Translations under genes and position numbers: made by a program | DNA from: Trichodelitschia bisporula | Taxonomy: Eukaryota | NCBI GenBank assembly: GCA_010356995.1 | Contig: ML996692.1 | Coordinates: 1-64,000, forward strand | Reading direction: 5' to 3' | Length of the DNA stretch: 64,000 nt | Notes under the pieces: model-generated | Databases searched by the model: none | The model's input: only the letters and a program-made list of their open reading frames with translations | What the model was told of the DNA's origin: nothing | Shown: positions 61,349 through 64,000 of the stretch, one piece after another | Layout of the letters: each line of letters begins with the position of its first letter | Position numbering within the stretch: position 1 is the first letter of the stretch

Positions 61349-61765
61349 AGCGATATGCCTGGCCGGTTAACCCACTTGGACGTGGGCTTTTTGGCCGCTG
61401 CTAATGCTTGCTGCTTACTGCAGCTTGCTCCACGGCGGCGAGCGGCGGCGGCGACGGCGGGATTCAACTAACGCGCGTGCTCGCGTTTCGACACTCAGAG
61501 ACCTAACTTTTTGCAAAGAGATCTTCGGGGATAGCAGGCAGATTATTGGGGTAGTTTAGTGGTCTTGTTGGTGATTGCTTCGCAGCAGAAAGAGCTGAAA
61601 CAGTGTGGTAAGTGGGATATGAGGCAAGCGGCGGGGGAGGATGAGCTGCTCAGAGACAGTGACGCACTGCAGCACTGGACGATGAACAATCCAAGCTAGG
61701 CATTGTGTTTTAGAGACAATAACCACGAGACGTGTTGAACTGAGACGACCACCCGTGAATGAACT

Positions 61766-61817
61766 GAGGAGGAGGAAGAAGAAGAAGAAGAAGAAGAAGA
61801 AGAAGAAAGAAGAAGAG
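61766..61817 (+). repeat. (GAG)3(GAA)11 microsatellite
   Basis: Direct reading; lies upstream of the VID30-like gene. Confidence 0.95.
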
Positions 61818-62542
61818 TTTGAAGCTCGAGTCGTGCAGAAGAAACGTCAGAGATGCCAGAGGAAGGCTGTCCCGCGTCGGACGGCCTAGACTGCGATTGC
61901 CGAACAAGCGGAGCACCGCAATGCTATTCCGCTCTCGCCTCTCTCTCGCCATTCTCCATTCCCCTTCTTTTCCCCTTCTCCTTCTCTCTCTATTCCCTTT
62001 GCCTTGCCCCGTCTCTCCCCACTCATCCTCAACCTAGAACTAGAGCACTGGCGGGAATAGCCCTGTTCCACTCACTCTCACTGTGCAGCCCCAAGCCACC
62101 AACCAACCCCCCGCCAGCAGTCAATCACCGTCAAAGGCAATCGAACTTGATTACTGTCCGTCAAACACACATGTCCTTTACCCAGCAAGCTCACCAATGT
62201 CAAACCTGGCGCTCAAATTAACCATTGATTCGTACCGATGGAGTACGGACGCAGTAGAGTAACACCCAGCAACACGCTCATCGTGTGCCCTCGAAAATAG
62301 TACATGCGGTCAAATCGACGCGCAGTTAGATAGCCAACGCCGTAATCCCACCATCCCGATACCCAGCTTTGCCTACCGAATTGCCGCCAGTGAACGCCGT
62401 GTGCTTTTCGCAACTCCCCCGCCGTGAACCATGATGCATGAGACTAGAATAGAAGTAGGCAGAAAACGCTATGTCTGGGATGGCATCGGACGCTCAGGAC
62501 GCATACAAGCCTAGACACCCCGTAGAAATGATGGCAGAGACA

Positions 62543-63383
62543 TTAGGTTCCGTTCGCCATCACCGGCGCGGGCGAGCTCGCCGCGTGCGTGGCCGCCTCG
62601 CCGGCACTGTTGGTATCGCTGGCGACGCCACTGCTCTGATGCGTCGGCTTGGCATCGCTGGCCTGGCTCGAGTCGCTCTTAACGTCTCCGTGGAAGTCGG
62701 CCATCGGCTTCTTGTTCGCACCCCAGGTCGGCGCGTCCCAGGTGATGCCAGTGAAGCTCTTGACTTGAAAGCCGCGACGCTCCCACTTGCGGCACGGCTT
62801 GCCGGTGCGGTCGAGCGCGCGCAGACACGCGTTGATGGCACCCTGGTTGGCCTTCGGACCGAGCTTGTGGGCCGGCGCCGGAGGAGCAGTACCGGTCGGG
62901 GTTGAGCCGTTGAGTTCGCTGCTGTCATGTGTGTCAGTGACCGAAACAGAGACGAACGGGTATGCCAACTTACACGCGAGGCTTCTTTTTCGGACCAGGC
63001 TTGCCACGCGGCTTCGGCGCGCCGTCCATGGCCATCTGTGAGGCCGTACGCTTCATGCCAGGCTTCGGACCGGGAATGCCCTTGCGACGCACCGGGTTTG
63101 GCGGCGGCGCGAGGAGGTTCGCGTTGGGGGTGGACACTGAGGGCACCGGCGTGTTTTCATCAGAGGCCACGACAGGCGGCGAGGCCTCGGCAACGGCGGT
63201 CGAAGGCGCGACAGAGTTCTCGTCAGTGGACGGCGAAGCCTTGGAGTGCAATGTCGACTTGAGGCCCACTTTGGATTCCCACTGTGCGAGCTTGCCGGAG
63301 GAAATGTTGAGGGCGACCATCTTGGACTTGCCACGAGATGATGATGCCTTGGAGGCCGCTGTGGTGGAGTTGGAGTTTGACAT
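62543..63383 (-). CDS. IES4: INO80 complex subunit Ies4 (DUF1711)
   Basis: KPRGKPGPKKKPR|.., HKLGPKANQGAINACLRALDRTGKPCRKWERRGFQVKSFTG..W; 1 intron. Confidence 0.88.
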
Positions 63384-64000
63384 TGCGCGTGTTGTGAGGC
63401 AGCGATGCCGTTGACGAGATGATTTGGCGTCCGCAGATTGTGGGTGTGAGTGGTGTAGTTGGCGTTGAAGTGGTGGAGTGATGGAGGTGCAAGTCGATTA
63501 AGGAGGGTGCAGAGAACAGCGGAGAGCGGTGGGAGGGTTTTTGTATTGCTCGAAGCAGGCCGTCTGCCTTTTTGGGGCGGTGGGGGCTGCGGCGTGTCGC
63601 CCTTGGAGAGTGTTGTGTGTGTTGGGATGGGACCTCTTGTTCCCTTTGGTCAAGGGGGGGAGTGGGTTTCCGCCGAGTGCACGTCGCGTGTGGTGCTTCG
63701 GTGGTAGGGGGAAATATTGGAGATGCAGCAGCTGGAGGTTTGGTGATGGGAGTTTTGAGGGTGGGATGGAATGTGTCAAGGTGGATGGTGGTGATGGAAT
63801 AAGATGGGAGGGAGGAAAGGAAGAGGAGGTGAAATGAAGTGGGTGGCAGGCCTCATTATGTCTGAGCGAGAGTCGAGGGCGAAGAGCGAGGAGCGCGCGG
63901 ATTGTGGAGTGTGGTAGCCGTCTGAAAGGCTTTTGCTTAACCTTTAGTTTCCTCTCCGCCTGGTCACTGCGAGAAGAGAGGGTGGGAAAATGAGCCGGGG

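Overview
Eukaryotic genomic DNA from a filamentous ascomycete (Pezizomycotina; Dothideomycete-like, which is an inference). It is GC-rich and compact, with many very short (about 38-60 nt) GT...CTRAC...YAG introns, so the ORF track splits or over-extends most genes. About 23 intact-looking genes can be assembled by eye: SDR, CorA-like protein, FIG1, GH43, xylitol/sorbitol dehydrogenase, class I methyltransferase, VPS28, NOC2, secreted lipase, PP4 R2 subunit, DUF1769, DUF2205/SCOC, 14-3-3, INH1, NSP1, LAA2-like, group III histidine kinase NIK1/OS1, DUF3328/UstYa oxidase, DSK2, quinone oxidoreductase, alpha-arrestin, CDF zinc transporter, RanBPM/VID30-like, IES4. Three accessory zones interrupt this core. 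(i) 1-2.2 kb holds an AA9 LPMO pseudogene enclosed by degenerate inverted repeats (Pack-transposon-like). (ii) About 23-29.6 kb is gene-poor, with an 18-bp/hexapeptide repeat and decayed ORFs. (iii) About 44.4-47.7 kb is a mosaic of gene fragments (MFS piece, NLR Goodbye-domain piece) next to an orphan DUF3328 gene. All family assignments come from motif recognition, not database searches. Gene boundaries are manual splice reconstructions. No rRNA, tRNA, CRISPR or intact transposase was found.
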